DNA of 28,646 bases, taken from positions 1 to 28,646 of IMG/VR virus record IMGVR_UViG_2925914267_000001; one strand, given 5' to 3'. This DNA is from a virus (lineage: Duplodnaviria > Heunggongvirae > Uroviricota > Caudoviricetes). Made by a program: the position numbers and the translations under genes. Shown one piece after another: positions 27,184 to 28,646 of this stretch. Numbering within the stretch: position 1 is the stretch's first letter; every line of letters starts with the position of its first letter. The notes beneath the pieces are model-generated. The model was not told where the DNA came from. It saw only the letters and a program-made list of their open reading frames with translations, and did no database searches.

Positions 27184-28346
27184 TGCTGGATGCACTGACA
27201 TTTGATGCAGGCAGTACGCTGACGCCGGATTACATGCTGATGCTCGACAGCAGGGATATTACCGGCAATATCAGCGACCGTCTGATGAGCATGACCCTGA
27301 CGGATAACCGGGGCTTTGAGGCTGACCAGCTTGATATTGAACTGAACGATGCCGACGGGCAGGTCGGACTACCGATTCGTGGCGCTGTCCTGACGGTGTA
27401 TATCGGCTGGAAAGGTTTTGCCCTGGTATGCAAAGGGAAATTTACCGTTGATGAGGTTGAACACCGGGGCGCACCGGATGTGGTCACCATCCGCGCCCGG
27501 AGTGCAGATTTTCGCGGGACGCTCAATTCCCGCCGTGAAGGCTCATGGCATGACACCACGCTCGGTGCGATTGTTGAGGCGATAGCCTCCCGTAACAGGC
27601 TGGAAGCCAGTGTCGCTCCGTCACTGGCCGGAATTAAAATCCCGCACATCGACCAGTCGCAGGAGTCTGATGCGAAATTTCTGACCCGTCTTGCAGAACG
27701 CAACGGCGGTGAGGTGTCGGTAAAAATGGGAAAACTGCTGTTTCTCAAAGCGGGGCAGGGGGTGACGGCCAGCGGTAAAAAAATCCCGCAGGTCACCATC
27801 ACCCGCAGCGACGGTGACCGCCATCATTTTGCGATTGCTGACCGTGGAGCCTACACCGGCGTAACGGCAAAGTGGTTACACACCAAAGACCCGAAGCCGC
27901 AAAAGCAGAAGGTAAAACTGAAACGCAAAAAGAAAGAGAAACACCTGCGCGCACTGGAGCACCCGAAAGCGAAACCGGTCACGCAGAAGAAAGCGCCAAA
28001 AGTACCGGAAGCGCGCGAAGGTGAATACATGGCAGGTGAGGCTGACAATGTTTTTGCCCTGACTACGGTATATGCCACGAAAGCGCAGGCCATGCGCGCC
28101 GCTCAGGCGAAGTGGGATAAACTGCAACGGGGCGTTGCGGAGTTCTCCATCAGCCTGGCTACCGGTCGGGCTGATATTTACACGGAAACACCGGTTAAAG
28201 TGTCAGGCTTTAAGCGCGTCATAGACGAGCAGGACTGGACAATCACTAAGGTGACACATTTTCTGAATAATAGCGGCTTCACGACGTCCTTAGAGCTTGA
28301 GGTCAGGCTTTCTGATGTGGAGTACGAAACAGAAGATGATGAGTGA
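27183..28346 (+). CDS. D: tail protein D (late control gene D)
   Basis: 387 aa; matches P2 gpD; start overlaps the U stop. Confidence 0.85.
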   Translation: MLDALTFDAGSTLTPDYMLMLDSRDITGNISDRLMSMTLTDNRGFEADQLDIELNDADGQVGLPIRGAVLTVYIGWKGFALVCKGKFTVDEVEHRGAPDVVTIRARSADFRGTLNSRREGSWHDTTLGAIVEAIASRNRLEASVAPSLAGIKIPHIDQSQESDAKFLTRLAERNGGEVSVKMGKLLFLKAGQGVTASGKKIPQVTITRSDGDRHHFAIADRGAYTGVTAKWLHTKDPKPQKQKVKLKRKKKEKHLRALEHPKAKPVTQKKAPKVPEAREGEYMAGEADNVFALTTVYATKAQAMRAAQAKWDKLQRGVAEFSISLATGRADIYTETPVKVSGFKRVIDEQDWTITKVTHFLNNSGFTTSLELEVRLSDVEYETEDDE

Positions 28347-28427
28347 TGTTTTTATTTTATCTGTTTGTTTTATAAGGATAAATTAACTAAAATGGCACCA
28401 TCAACAAAACCGGAAGAGGTGCTCGCG

Positions 28428-28646
28428 ATGTTTCATTGTCCTTTATGCCAGCATGCCGCACATGCGCGTACAAGCCGCTATATCACTGACACGACAAAAG
28501 AGCGTTATCACCAGTGTCAGAACGTGAATTGCAGCGCCACGTTCATCACTTATGAGTCGGTACAGCGATACATCGTGAAGCCGGGAGAAGTCCACGCCGT
28601 AAGACCGCACCCGTTGCCGTCAGGGCAGCAAATTATGTGGATGTAA
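28428..28646 (+). CDS. ogr: Ogr, zinc-finger late-gene transcription activator
   Basis: 72 aa from ATG 28428: MFHCPLCQHAAHARTSRYITDTTKERYHQCQNVNCSATF... with the CxxC...CxxxxC zinc finger; matches P2 Ogr. Confidence 0.9.
   Translation: MFHCPLCQHAAHARTSRYITDTTKERYHQCQNVNCSATFITYESVQRYIVKPGEVHAVRPHPLPSGQQIMWM

Noticed and set aside
1-28646. CRISPR arrays, tRNA or rRNA genes, insertion sequences
   Set aside because: I saw no regularly spaced direct repeats with spacers, no tRNA-like cloverleaf candidates and no transposase-like ORFs or terminal inverted repeats other than the gix-like sites.

Overview
This window is almost all of a P2-like (Peduovirus-type) temperate phage genome in prophage order, running from cox to ogr; int and C lie upstream of the window. 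Gene order on the + strand is cox, orf78, B, orf80-83, A, then a cargo island, the cos site, Q and P on the - strand, then O N M L X Y K lysA lysB/lysC R S V W J I H G, an invertible tail-fibre segment with its Gin-like invertase, then FI FII E/E+E' T U D ogr. Identifications rest on my recall of P2 protein sequences and lengths plus ORF structure; no database search was run. The most interesting region is the AT-rich island between gene A and cos (about 4104-6485), the P2 'tin/old' hotspot position. It carries three co-oriented genes: an RsbW/SpoIIAB-like GHKL kinase-like ATPase, a small STAS-like protein translationally coupled to it, and a single-pass membrane protein. I cannot assign these to any named system and propose them as a candidate partner-switching-type anti-phage or abortive-infection module. 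Second, the head/packaging genes Q, P, O and N, and also orf83, carry single-nucleotide indels in short homopolymer runs, while every tail and lysis gene is intact. This is either real head-module decay or sequencing error, and I cannot tell which from the sequence alone. Third, a Mu/P1-type invertible tail-fibre switch is present, with two 26-bp gix-like sites that I located directly in the sequence.
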